From an uncultured Nitrospiraceae bacterium (lineage in GTDB: Bacteria > Nitrospirota > UBA9217), in assembly GCA_964412455.1 (NCBI GenBank), contig CAYPOT010000004.1, forward strand, positions 1,036 to 65,035: a stretch of DNA of 64,000 nt, in the 5' to 3' direction. The position numbers and the translations under genes are program-made. Within the stretch, counting starts at the first letter, position 1. Every line of letters starts with the position of its first letter. The notes under the pieces were generated by a model. It worked only from the letters and a program-made list of their open reading frames with translations. It ran no database searches and was not told the origin of the DNA. Of the stretch, positions 18,588-30,516 are shown one piece after another.

Positions 18588-18624
18588 CCGAAAAACAAAG
18601 GGCGGCCCGTTGGGGCCGCCCTTG
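18588..18624 (-). terminator. Rho-independent terminator of ppdK
   Basis: On the minus strand: AAGGGCGGCCCCAACGGGCCGCCCTT followed by TGTTTTTCG. Confidence 0.7.
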
Positions 18625-18642
18625 TAATGAACACAGTTACGG

Positions 18643-21327
<2,685 letters not shown>

Positions 21328-21370
21328 GATTCGATCCTCCCGGAAAAACAGATAAGATTCGTAATGCTTG

Positions 21371-21398
21371 CCACAAAGACACCAAGACACGAAGAAGG
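21371..21398. repeat. Dispersed repeat copy (CCACAAAGACACCAAGACACGAAGAAGG)
   Basis: Forms an inverted pair with 21472-21496 in the ppdK upstream / glyS downstream spacer. Confidence 0.65.
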
Positions 21399-21471
21399 AA
21401 ATCAGCTCGCAGCTGATAGTTCATAGCTTTTGAGCTTCTACTACGAGCGATCAGCCCTGTTCAAATAGCTG

Positions 21472-21496
21472 CCTTCGTGCCTTCGTGTCTTCGTGG
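21472..21496. repeat. Dispersed repeat copy, inverted orientation (CCTTCGTGCCTTCGTGTCTTCGTGG)
   Basis: Reverse complement of the CACGAAGA family. Confidence 0.65.
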
Positions 21497-21507
21497 CGTG
21501 ATCTGGT

Positions 21508-23595
21508 TTATGCGTTTTTGGGTTCCTCGGAGCTTAAAACCAATCGCGAAAAATCCGCGATCCCCGCGAACAGCCCGGTAATGCCGGCGAGGAGCGCCAA
21601 CCGGTTGTTCTTCACCTCGGCAGCCTTGTCCATCACCATGACCTTGTCGAAGAACGCGTCCACCGGTTTCCGGAGCGACGCGATGTCAGCGAGGGCCCCG
21701 CGAAAATCAAGCGACCCGGTCTTCGCCTTCACCCGGTCCTTGATGTCCGTATAGGCGGTAAACAGTTCCTTCTCAGCATCCTCTTTCAGCAGGCCCTTCT
21801 TCACCGTGCCGGAAAAATCCTTCGGAAGAATGTTCCCCGCCCGTTTGAGCGCCGTCACCAGCGGCCGGTAGTCCTCGGAGGTCCTCCATGCGTCAAGGGC
21901 GCGGACCTTCTCCTTGGCAACCAGCGGATCGTCGAAAGGACCGGAAAGCGCCGCATCCACAACGTCGGACCGGAGCCCCTCGGTGGTCAGCATGCCGGCA
22001 AGCCTCTGCCGGAGAAAATCGAGGACCTCCATCTCGATCCGGGCCAATTCGCCCTTCTTGAGACCGTATCCCCTGCACGCCTCTGCGACAAGCCCCGAGA
22101 GCGACAGGTGCATGCTCCGGTCGAACAGCATGGACAGGATGGCCACGGACTGCCTGCGCAGACCGTAGGGGTCCTCTGAGCCGCTCGGAATGAGCCCCGC
22201 GGAAAAACAGCCGGTGATGGTGTCGATCCGGTCCGCGATGCCGACGCACATGCCCTCGAGCGACCCGGGAAGCGCATCCCCGGCAAAGCGCGGGAGGTAC
22301 TGTTCGGCGATCGCCGCGGCGACCCGAGCGTCCTCCCCGGACAATATGGCGTACGTGCTGCCCATGAAGCCCTGGAGCTTGGGAAATTCACCGACCACAC
22401 CGGTGAGCAGGTCCGCCTTGGCGAGATAGGCCGCTCGCTCGGCGGTCTTCGCGTCCGCCTTTATAATGCCGGCAAGGTGGCCGGAAAGCTTCTTCACCCG
22501 CTCCACCTTGTCGTAGACCGTGCCGAGCTTTTCCTGATAGGTCACTTTCTTCAGTCCTTCAACACGGTCAGCGAGCGGCACCTTCACGTCGTGGTCGAAA
22601 AAATAAGCGGCGTCGGACATACGCGCCGCCAGGACCCGTTCATTCCCCGCCTGGACCACGGCCATGTCCTCAGCGCGGGTGTTGCTGATGGTGATGAAGT
22701 GGGGAAGCAGGTTCCCCTGGTTGTCCACGACGCTGAAATAGCGCTGGTGCTCACGCATGGCGGTGACCAGCACTTCCTTCGGCACCCGGAGAAACTCCTT
22801 GTTGAACGAACCCATGACCGCAACCGGGAACTCCACGAGGTTCATCACTTCGTCCACGAGCCCGCTGTCCTCAAGCACCGTCCCGTTCTTCGCCTTCGCC
22901 AGATCATCGATCTGTTTCACGATGCGGGCCCTCCGCACCTCGGGGTCGATCACCACAAAGTTCGGTTCGGCCTGGAGTTGATAGGACTTGAAGTCCTTCA
23001 CCATAAAGGCGCCGGGGCTCATGAACCGGTGGCCGCGCGAGACGTTGCCGCTCTTGAGGCCGTCCAGTTCGAACTCCACCACGACCCCGCCGGAGATGGC
23101 CAGGACCCAATGGATGGGACGGGCGAACCGTATGTCCTTGTCCATCCATCGCATGGACTTGGAGAACGGAATGGACAGGATGAAACCCGGAAGCACCTGG
23201 CCGAGCCACGCCGCCGTGTCGCCGCCCTTTTCGTCGATGCGGGCGACCACGTACTCGCCTTTGTCGGTGGACTTGATGCCCAGGGCGTCCGCGCTCACGC
23301 CGTTCTTCTCGGCGAAGACAAGCGCGGCCCTGGTCGGCCTGCCGTCGGCGTCATAGGCGATCTTCTTCGGCGGGCCAAGCACTTCCCGGGACAGGTCCGC
23401 CTGTCGTTCGTCCAGTTCGGAGGCGTACAGGACCAGCCGGCGCGGCGTGCCGTAGACCTTGATCTCGCCGGCAGACGCGACCCGGCCCGAGGCGAGGAGC
23501 GCCGTGAACAGCTCCTTCATCTTCTCCAGCGCGGGGCCGATGAAGCGGGACGGTATTTCCTCGGTGCCTATCTCTAAAAGGAATTCTTTGGACAA
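21508..23595 (-). CDS. glyS: Glycine--tRNA ligase beta subunit
   Basis: MSKEFLLEIGTEEIPSRF N-terminus and full-length (695 aa) GlyS architecture. Confidence 0.95.
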   Translation of the reverse strand: MSKEFLLEIGTEEIPSRFIGPALEKMKELFTALLASGRVASAGEIKVYGTPRRLVLYASELDERQADLSREVLGPPKKIAYDADGRPTRAALVFAEKNGVSADALGIKSTDKGEYVVARIDEKGGDTAAWLGQVLPGFILSIPFSKSMRWMDKDIRFARPIHWVLAISGGVVVEFELDGLKSGNVSRGHRFMSPGAFMVKDFKSYQLQAEPNFVVIDPEVRRARIVKQIDDLAKAKNGTVLEDSGLVDEVMNLVEFPVAVMGSFNKEFLRVPKEVLVTAMREHQRYFSVVDNQGNLLPHFITISNTRAEDMAVVQAGNERVLAARMSDAAYFFDHDVKVPLADRVEGLKKVTYQEKLGTVYDKVERVKKLSGHLAGIIKADAKTAERAAYLAKADLLTGVVGEFPKLQGFMGSTYAILSGEDARVAAAIAEQYLPRFAGDALPGSLEGMCVGIADRIDTITGCFSAGLIPSGSEDPYGLRRQSVAILSMLFDRSMHLSLSGLVAEACRGYGLKKGELARIEMEVLDFLRQRLAGMLTTEGLRSDVVDAALSGPFDDPLVAKEKVRALDAWRTSEDYRPLVTALKRAGNILPKDFSGTVKKGLLKEDAEKELFTAYTDIKDRVKAKTGSLDFRGALADIASLRKPVDAFFDKVMVMDKAAEVKNNRLALLAGITGLFAGIADFSRLVLSSEEPKNA

Positions 23596-23629
23596 GATTA
23601 CCTCGTTACGAGCAACAACTATTTATCCA

Positions 23630-23700
23630 CGGATGACTTTGTAGGGGCGGCCCTGTGTGGCCGCCCATTTCTGGGCAACCACGCAGGGTTGCCCCTACAA
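23630..23700 (-). other. Structured glyQ-glyS intergenic element: two similar GC hairpins inside an outer stem
   Basis: GTAGGGGC[GGCCCTGTGTGGCCGCCC]ATTTCT[GGGCAACCACGCAGGGTTGCCC]CTAC. Each bracket is a perfect 8-bp stem with a 6-nt loop. Confidence 0.55.
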
Positions 23701-23711
23701 TTATCTGCTGA

Positions 23712-24584
23712 CTACTGCTTCTTCAACATCGGAAATCCCTTCGCCTCCCGGTCCGCAAGGTACGCATGCGCGCAGAGGCGGGCAAGCTTCCGCACCCGGC
23801 CGATGTAACCGGTCCGCTCGGTGACGCTGATGGCGCCGGCCGCGTCCAGGAGGTTGAAGGTGTGCGAACACTTGAGGCAGTGGTCGTAGGCCGGGTAAAC
23901 GACACCCGCCTTGATCAGCTTTTCGCATTCTTTCTCAGAGGCTTCGAACTGCCGGAAGAGCATCTCCCTGTCGGAGAGCTCAAAGTTGTACTTCGAGAAC
24001 TGAACCTCCGTGTCGTGGTGCACGTCGCCGTATTTCACGTCCTTCGTCCAGGCGAGATCGAAAACGTTGTTCACGCCCTGAAGGTACATGGCGAGCCGCT
24101 CTATGCCGTAGGTGAGCTCGGCCGAGATCGGCTTCAGGTCAATGCCGCCCACCTGCTGGAAGTACGTGAACTGCGTGACCTCCATGCCGTCCAGCCAAAC
24201 CTCCCACCCCAGGCCCCAGGCGCCGAGCGTCGGCGAGTCCCAGTCGTCCTCGACGAACCGGATGTCGTGCTTCAAGGGATTGATGCCGAGCCGGACCAGA
24301 CTGTCGAGATAGAGTTCCTGAACGTTCTGGGGATGGGGCTTCAGGATGACCTGGAACTGGTAGTAATGCTGCATGCGATTGGGATTTTCGCCGTAGCGGC
24401 CGTCGGTCGGTCGGCGCGATGGCTGGACGTACGCCGCCTTCCAGGGTTCAGGACCGAGCACGCGCAGAAAGGTGGCGGGATGGAAGGTCCCGGCTCCGAC
24501 CTCGAGATCGTAGGGCTGATGGATGACACACCCCTTCGATGCCCAGTAATCCTGCAAAGTTAATATAAGCTCTTGAAATGTCAA
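23712..24584 (-). CDS. glyQ: Glycine--tRNA ligase alpha subunit (TTG start)
   Basis: Near-identity to canonical GlyQ ([14 protein letters not shown]...[19 protein letters not shown]). There is no in-frame ATG; a TTG at 24584 is preceded by AGAGG. Confidence 0.85.
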   Translation of the reverse strand: MTFQELILTLQDYWASKGCVIHQPYDLEVGAGTFHPATFLRVLGPEPWKAAYVQPSRRPTDGRYGENPNRMQHYYQFQVILKPHPQNVQELYLDSLVRLGINPLKHDIRFVEDDWDSPTLGAWGLGWEVWLDGMEVTQFTYFQQVGGIDLKPISAELTYGIERLAMYLQGVNNVFDLAWTKDVKYGDVHHDTEVQFSKYNFELSDREMLFRQFEASEKECEKLIKAGVVYPAYDHCLKCSHTFNLLDAAGAISVTERTGYIGRVRKLARLCAHAYLADREAKGFPMLKKQ

Positions 24585-24645
24585 GTGATTGCCTCTGTTC
24601 GGAAGACCACGAAGAAATCGAAATATGCCGTAAAAACAGAGTGTT

Positions 24646-24673
24646 ATTATACAAAAATACCTTATCTTGTCAA
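24646..24673 (-). promoter_or_regulatory. Sigma70-like promoter for glyQS
   Basis: TTGACA - 16 nt - TATAAT on the minus strand, ~60 nt upstream of the glyQ start. Confidence 0.55.
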
Positions 24674-24842
24674 GCAAATATGGTGATATTAGAAGGTTTT
24701 ATAAGGCGAGGGGGCAAGAGTAGCGGCATATCAATGATCGCTTCCGGAAAAGAGGGGGCACAGCTCAGGATCAGCAACGTGCGGCTTTCCTGGAGACAGA
24801 TTATGAGCTTACCCGCGGTTCAACTGGGGCAATGGTATTCGG

Positions 24843-25280
24843 TCACAACTGTGACATGATCTCAGAGCATTTCCGGATCAGCTCTTCAGCCTTTTTTTCG
24901 TCGATGACCAGCTTAACATACTTCTTGCAGTTGTCCATGGTCGCCTGAAGGCCCTCTTTCGAATCCGGGGCATCCTTGATCTTGGCGATGACCTTCTCAG
25001 CGTCGGCGCCAAGGGTCTGCTGCGCCATGGCGATCAGTTCGTCCTTTATACCGGCAAACGTGACCGTGTCGTCGATCTGAATGAATCCCTGCGCTGCAAG
25101 CTCTTCGAGGGATTGGCCGACGTTCGGGAATCCGGCCGCCTTTTCGAGGATCTTGGTGATGTTCGATTTGCCGTCGACGAAGATGAGGACCTGCCGCAAG
25201 TTCTGCGGGAGATTGTATTTCCGGGTCCGCAATTCCTCTGCGCCCTTGTCGGTCTTCTGGTAGATCTTTTTCGGGTCCAT
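24843..25280 (-). CDS. Conserved hypothetical protein (paralog of 5403-5831)
   Basis: 145 aa, sharing the KGxE...RxVLxxxDGK...LEEL...G block with the 5403-5831 product. Confidence 0.55.
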   Translation of the reverse strand: MDPKKIYQKTDKGAEELRTRKYNLPQNLRQVLIFVDGKSNITKILEKAAGFPNVGQSLEELAAQGFIQIDDTVTFAGIKDELIAMAQQTLGADAEKVIAKIKDAPDSKEGLQATMDNCKKYVKLVIDEKKAEELIRKCSEIMSQL

Positions 25281-25294
25281 GCGGCGCCTCTTCC

Positions 25295-25594
25295 TTACGA
25301 GGAAAGTTCCTTGATGATCTGGTAGATCAGTTTCACCGTGATAACGACATAGATCGCTCCGAAGAAGAAGATTCCCGCGACGATCAGGCGCAGGACGCCC
25401 TCAGGAATGATCCCGAAAAACGGGGTCGACAGATATCCCACGGTGAACATGGCAACAAGCGCCATGAGAAAGCTCCACTTTTTGCCGACGATGCCGCCCG
25501 GTACTTTTTGCTTGAGCGACACCACAAGATAAAGACAGTACAGCATGATGGCAATTGCCGCAATACTTATGAAGAATGTTAGGTCGATTTTCAT
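25295..25594 (-). CDS. Small membrane protein (3 TM)
   Basis: Hydrophobicity pattern only. Confidence 0.4.
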   Translation of the reverse strand: MKIDLTFFISIAAIAIMLYCLYLVVSLKQKVPGGIVGKKWSFLMALVAMFTVGYLSTPFFGIIPEGVLRLIVAGIFFFGAIYVVITVKLIYQIIKELSS

Positions 25595-25734
25595 GTCACC
25601 CTCCTTTATTTTTTTGCATCACCGAAAAAATTATACCGTATTTACTGAAAATATCAAGCTTTATTTCTCTTTATATCCGTTATTCGTTCCCAAAGCAGGG
25701 GAGCCTCTTTCGCGCTTGCGGGGTACGACGGCAG

Positions 25735-27960
25735 TTACACCTGCCACATCATGGCCTCAAAGTCTTCGGTCGGGACCTTCACCTGGATGAACCCGCGGTA
25801 GGGCCATTTCTCGATCTCCGACCCCTTCCGTTCGACCGTGATGAAGCAGTGGATCTCGTCGTTCGGCTTGACGCCAAGAAGTTCAAAGGGGATCGCAAGC
25901 TCGATGATCTCGTTCGCGGCAACGTTGTTGATGGCGGCGACCTCTTTCCGGCCGCCGTTCTCTCCCCGATAGAGGGCAGCGGTCGCCCGGCGCTCCCGGG
26001 GCATCACGCGGATCTCGACGTCCATCCCCTTGGGAAGCAGGAAGTTCACGAAGAAGGAAAGGTCCTCCGCCGCGTCTTCCTGAAGGCTCCGGCTCGGGTC
26101 CAGCCGGATGAACAGGTTCCTGAGATCGAAACCGTAGTAGATATGCGCAACGACGCTGGCGCCCCGGTGCATAGCGCCCCCTCCCCGGGCAACATCATAG
26201 AATCCCGCCGAGAGCCATTCGAAATAGTTCGATACCTGGCCGTCAATGGTTGGAGAAATGAGCGCCGTAAGGTCCACCGTGGGACGGGCCTCGCGGTCCT
26301 CGCGCAGGATGGGAACGCGAAGCTCATCGGGCACATCGAGGCCGATGATGCGGTACACGTTCATCAGGTGGGTGCGGAACAGAAGATCGAACTCCTCATC
26401 ATTCTCGGAAAAATGATCGTCGCCGTACCACCAGCACCAATCGCTCCCCTCGGCGATGTAGATCTCCTCCCAGGCGTTCGCGAGCTTGTCAGGGTCGCCG
26501 TTCCGGTTGGCATACTGCACCAGGGCTTCCCGGGTCTGGCCCAGAAGGTCCCAGGCGCGGTTGTCCTCTTCGTGGCCGATCCAGATGCGGAAATTCGAAT
26601 AGATCCACGAACCGGCGTGAAGCCGCTCGATCCGGTCCTGTGCAGGATGCTGTTTGAGATATTCCCCGACCGTGACGCACTGCAGTCCCTCTTCCCTGCT
26701 CAGCCTCTCGTAGAGATACAAGAAGAAGTCCCTGCCGTCGTTCGGGTAGTACTCCCAGGCATTCTCGCCGTCCAGAATGATCGATACGAGGTGCGGTCTG
26801 TTTCCCACGCTTTTCCGGATCCGATGCAGCCGTTCGATGAGGTCGTTCACGGCATTCCGGGAATCCCACTTGGAGTACACGAATCCCACGAGGTCGGACA
26901 GGGTATGGTCGCGGAACACGATGGAGACGGTCTTGTCTCCCTTGCCGGCGAGGTACGGCTTGTACAGCATCTCCGGGTTCTTCATGATGCCGCTGAAATC
27001 GCGGTCGATCGGGACGCCCAGGGAGCGGGCCAGCACGCCTTCGTCCGTGCCGATCCAGCGGATCCCGGCATCGGCCAGCAGGGGGATGATCTCCTCGGCC
27101 ACGGAGCCTTCTGACGGCCACATGCCTGCGGGACGGGAACCAAACAACCCTTCATGATAGGCGAGGGCGCGTTCCACCTGCACTTTCGCGTCCTCGGGAT
27201 GGGTGAAACGGTTCAGGGGCAGGTGTATGTCGGGCGTTGCGACGCGGGCAAGGTCCGTATCAACCAGGAGCGGCAGGATGGGATGGTAGAACGGGGTGGT
27301 GGTGAGCTCGATCCTGCCCAGCTCCGCCAGTTTTTTATACTCCGGGATGATGAGCGCCATGACCTCGCGCTGCTTTTCGAGAAGAAGGCGTTTCTCCTCT
27401 TCGGTGAAGCCGGACCCCTTCTCGATCAATCCCTTGATGAGCGGATCGTTCTGCTTGAAGAGCGGATCGAACCACGTGAGGTTGAACCACACCTGCAGGT
27501 CGCGATAGTCCTGGTTCGTGAAATAACGCGTGGCGTTCTCAAGATCATCGGGTGACACGCTTTTCCCCCGCCGGTCCAGGAGCCGCCAGTACGCGGGATA
27601 GGGGCGGATCATCGTGTCCCAGTTCGCCATGAAAGAGTTCTTGAGCAGGAACAGCTTATCCTCATGGGCAAGTTCATTGGCGGGTTTGAGCGCAAGGGCA
27701 AGAAATTTGTCATGCACCTGGTTCCCGACGTAGTCCTGGATCTGTTTGAGAAGAGAAGGAACGAGGTTGAATGTCTGGTGGATAGCGGGGAAATCGTTCA
27801 GGAGGGCGGGCATGTCGTAGTAATCCTTGATCCCGTGCATCCGCACCCAGGGCAGGATATAGCTGCCCGTAAGGTCGTCCTTATAGTAGGGCTGGTGCAT
27901 GTGCCAGATGAAGGCTATGGAGAGGGGATGATCTGACATGGCGCACATAGTGTTCGGCAA
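25735..27960 (-). CDS. Glycoside hydrolase family 57 protein (alpha-glucan-acting)
   Basis: GH57 N-terminal signature (FIWHMHQPYY...WVRMHGIKDYYDM). 741 aa with a C-terminal extension; the start could also be at M8. Confidence 0.8.
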   Translation of the reverse strand: MPNTMCAMSDHPLSIAFIWHMHQPYYKDDLTGSYILPWVRMHGIKDYYDMPALLNDFPAIHQTFNLVPSLLKQIQDYVGNQVHDKFLALALKPANELAHEDKLFLLKNSFMANWDTMIRPYPAYWRLLDRRGKSVSPDDLENATRYFTNQDYRDLQVWFNLTWFDPLFKQNDPLIKGLIEKGSGFTEEEKRLLLEKQREVMALIIPEYKKLAELGRIELTTTPFYHPILPLLVDTDLARVATPDIHLPLNRFTHPEDAKVQVERALAYHEGLFGSRPAGMWPSEGSVAEEIIPLLADAGIRWIGTDEGVLARSLGVPIDRDFSGIMKNPEMLYKPYLAGKGDKTVSIVFRDHTLSDLVGFVYSKWDSRNAVNDLIERLHRIRKSVGNRPHLVSIILDGENAWEYYPNDGRDFFLYLYERLSREEGLQCVTVGEYLKQHPAQDRIERLHAGSWIYSNFRIWIGHEEDNRAWDLLGQTREALVQYANRNGDPDKLANAWEEIYIAEGSDWCWWYGDDHFSENDEEFDLLFRTHLMNVYRIIGLDVPDELRVPILREDREARPTVDLTALISPTIDGQVSNYFEWLSAGFYDVARGGGAMHRGASVVAHIYYGFDLRNLFIRLDPSRSLQEDAAEDLSFFVNFLLPKGMDVEIRVMPRERRATAALYRGENGGRKEVAAINNVAANEIIELAIPFELLGVKPNDEIHCFITVERKGSEIEKWPYRGFIQVKVPTEDFEAMMWQV

Positions 27961-28049
27961 TACGGTCTGGGCATCTTAAAAGAGCGGCACAGCAATGTCA
28001 AACAAATTTTCAGGGCTCTCGGCGATAATCCTGCAGGCGGCTCGTTCGG

Positions 28050-28382
28050 CTATTTCGCGGAGTCGCCGTAATAATAGACCACTTCACCGGGCCGGGCGAG
28101 GCCGATCTTGTCACGCGCCATCCGCTCAATGAAGGCGGGGTCGGTCCTGAGGGCGTCGACCTCCTTCGAGAGCCGGGTGTTGTCCTTTTTCATATGCTCT
28201 ATCTCGTTCCGGAGGATACGTGCATGCGCGCTCATCCGGTAATACTTCACCACACCCATTTCACCGACAATGAGAGACCAGAGGAAAGCGATTCCCGCGA
28301 CAACGCCCGCAATCACCACCAGTTTTTTGGTCCGGGCGGCCCGGGTGCTCCTGTGGGTCTGAAGGTAGTTCCGCTTGGCCAT
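28050..28382 (-). CDS. ftsB: Septum formation initiator FtsB/DivIC-like
   Basis: Single TM, a coiled coil and the conserved C-terminus (DKIGLARPGEVVYYY). Confidence 0.75.
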   Translation of the reverse strand: MAKRNYLQTHRSTRAARTKKLVVIAGVVAGIAFLWSLIVGEMGVVKYYRMSAHARILRNEIEHMKKDNTRLSKEVDALRTDPAFIERMARDKIGLARPGEVVYYYGDSAK

Positions 28383-28647
28383 AAAAGGATGGGTGAAGTG
28401 ACCGCGTGATCCCCGTTCCCCAGGAGCAGGTTCAAGACGGACACGTTCATCGTAGCTTCTTTACGTCGAAAACTATTCGGAAATACTACCGTGCACAATC
28501 GATCCGAGTATGATTATGACGGTTATCGAACCAGGAAGCAAGGAGAAAAACCTTCCTTGTCTTGCCCGATGGAAAAACAAAACCACGAAGGCAAGCCTCG
28601 TGGTATTTGTTCATCTGGTCCTGGTAACACCGATTGGTGGAACAAGG

Positions 28648-28707
28648 TTATTTCTTCTTCGTGGCCTTCTTGGCCTTCTTGGCCGGGGCTTTCTTTTTGG
28701 CTGGCAT
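28648..28707 (-). CDS. Tiny lysine/alanine-rich peptide (MPAKKKAPAKKAKKATKKK), copy 1
   Basis: Not in the ORF track, which requires >=60 aa. The ATG is preceded by AAAGGACGGTGAT. It is a tandem paralog of 28855-28914. Confidence 0.45.
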   Translation of the reverse strand: MPAKKKAPAKKAKKATKKK

Positions 28708-28854
28708 GGTTATGATCACCGTCCTTTCTGTTTGAGAATGGATCAACATCTATCGAGAACCGCCCGCTAAAGCGTGAGCGGATCAACTGGTGAATGTCGC
28801 CGGGGGACCAAGTCCCCCGGCGCTCCCCATCATTGGTGGGGTAGAGGAGAAAAG

Positions 28855-28914
28855 CTACTTCTTCTTTGCTTTCTTCTTCGCCTTCTTCTTGGCAGCCTTT
28901 TTCTTTGCCGGCAT
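28855..28914 (-). CDS. Tiny lysine/alanine-rich peptide (MPAKKKAAKKKAKKKAKKK), copy 2
   Basis: The ATG is preceded by AAAGGGGGTGGAT, a strong SD. Same architecture as copy 1. Confidence 0.5.
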   Translation of the reverse strand: MPAKKKAAKKKAKKKAKKK

Positions 28915-28958
28915 CAGTATCCACCCCCTTTCGGTTACCGCGATTGATCTAAGCGGCT

Positions 28959-29441
28959 TTATCTAGATACAAGCTGAGGTACATCATTCAGCAATGACAT
29001 CTGCGAGTACTTTTCCCTGAGCCGGGTGGTCACCAGGCTGCAGAACTCTTCGGAATCCCGGATCGCCTGTCCTGCCTCGTACCGTGATACCATGCTCCCC
29101 GCCTCGACCATGAAGTTCTGATATTTTCTTCGCATCCGGTCGAACTTATTGATGAGGCTCTTGTATTTCTCACCGAGGATGACCCCCGACGCGGTGACCA
29201 CCGTTTTGTGCGTATCCCTGCTCCGCGATCCCTTGGGTCGGTAGCCTTCCGAGAGGAGCAGCGCCCTTCCTGAACGCGCCATCGCCTGGTATGCTGCTGC
29301 AAAGGACCACTCCTCATCCTTGTCCTGGAGCAACCGCGCCGTGGCAAGATCGCGTTCTGCCCGCATCATGAGCCCCAGGACCTCCTGGATCTCCGCGGCA
29401 CGCTCTTCCAGTCCCATCTCTTGGAGCGCTTCATATGTCAT
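28959..29441 (-). CDS. HEPN-domain protein (toxin partner of the upstream MNT)
   Basis: R-x4-H motif (SRSRDTHKTVV). It overlaps the MNT stop by 11 nt. Confidence 0.65.
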   Translation of the reverse strand: MTYEALQEMGLEERAAEIQEVLGLMMRAERDLATARLLQDKDEEWSFAAAYQAMARSGRALLLSEGYRPKGSRSRDTHKTVVTASGVILGEKYKSLINKFDRMRRKYQNFMVEAGSMVSRYEAGQAIRDSEEFCSLVTTRLREKYSQMSLLNDVPQLVSR

Positions 29442-29997
29442 CTTCCTTACCCAGCAGGAATATCTTTTTGCCTTTCACGATCTCCCGGATGAACGGGTCC
29501 TTTGCATCCTTCCGCTTCCGGTACTCCTGTTCGTCGAATGCCAGATAGTCGATCTCGCGTTTCATCTTCTCTTCGAGGCCCATGACCACGTCATTCAGCT
29601 CCGTGATGTTCACCTGGCCGATGACCATGAGGTTAATGTTGCTGTCCTCTTTTTCGGCGCCCTTGGCATAGGAGCCGTAAATGAAGGCTGCCTGTACCCC
29701 TTTCAGCCTCGAGAGCACCGCCTTGATGGAACCCTGGATGCCGGTCGTCTTGAAGATGAGGCCCTTCATTTCGGAGAAGATCGGCGAGTCCTTATCGGCG
29801 GAGTAGTATTTCTGTACTCCCCTTTTTTCAACTCCCAGAAGCCCTATCTTCACCAAGGTGTCCAACTCTCGCTTGATCCCCGCTGCATCCTTGCTGATGT
29901 GGCGGGCTATCTCCCTGAGGTAGAACTTTTCATCCAGATTGTTAAAGAACAAACTTAAAAGCTCTGCTCTTGTCGAAGAGAAGAGTTTAGTTAGCAA
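29431..29997 (-). CDS. Nucleotidyltransferase (MNT) with N-terminal winged-HTH
   Basis: FIYGSYAKGAEKEDSNINLMVIG nucleotidyltransferase motif, with an HTH in the N-terminal ~70 aa. A TTGACA-N18-TATATT promoter candidate lies upstream at ~30030-30060 on the minus strand. Confidence 0.7.
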   Translation of the reverse strand: MLTKLFSSTRAELLSLFFNNLDEKFYLREIARHISKDAAGIKRELDTLVKIGLLGVEKRGVQKYYSADKDSPIFSEMKGLIFKTTGIQGSIKAVLSRLKGVQAAFIYGSYAKGAEKEDSNINLMVIGQVNITELNDVVMGLEEKMKREIDYLAFDEQEYRKRKDAKDPFIREIVKGKKIFLLGKEDDI

Positions 29998-30516
29998 TTT
30001 CCCTCACCTCTGTGGACGAATATACAACAAGAGTGTATATTTTGTCAACAGAAATAATAAAAAAATTACTTCTCATGGGGTTAGACTATTTATCAACACT
30101 CATATCACCACCGATAATAATTGGGACAGAATAGTTTGGTAATTCTACTTTATTACCACTATTACTTGTTCTCACGTCAGGGCATTATTCCCGTGTGATC
30201 TCGCTTCAGATCGCGCACCGACAACGAAGCAAAACACCGCTCTCAAGAAAGACCGCACATTTTCCGCCAAATGTCCCCTGTTCACCCGCACATTCAAGAC
30301 GATCGCAAAGCTCATCGTCTGTTCGGACGAGGTGCTGCACGTGATCGGCAAGGTGAATCCTATCGTCATTGCCTCGCACACACGCTCAGTTCTGTCAACA
30401 TCAGTCCGCATGTTCCGCGCATCAACCCGTTGTTTTCTCTTTCATGGACCGCGCACTTGTGGTATAGTGATGAAACTATATTGTTGACGAATTGTCTTCA
30501 TCAGGAACGGAGCACC

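Noticed and set aside
28523-28924. 133-aa ORF rich in E/G/K (MDTDAGKEKGCQEEGEEESKEE...)
   Set aside because: It is low complexity and overlaps in another frame the two well-formed tiny KKA-peptide genes that have their own SD sequences. It is most likely a frame artefact.
30172-30411. 79-aa ORF (-) inside the helicase leader
   Set aside because: It has no RBS and lies in the AT-rich leader. It is likely non-coding.
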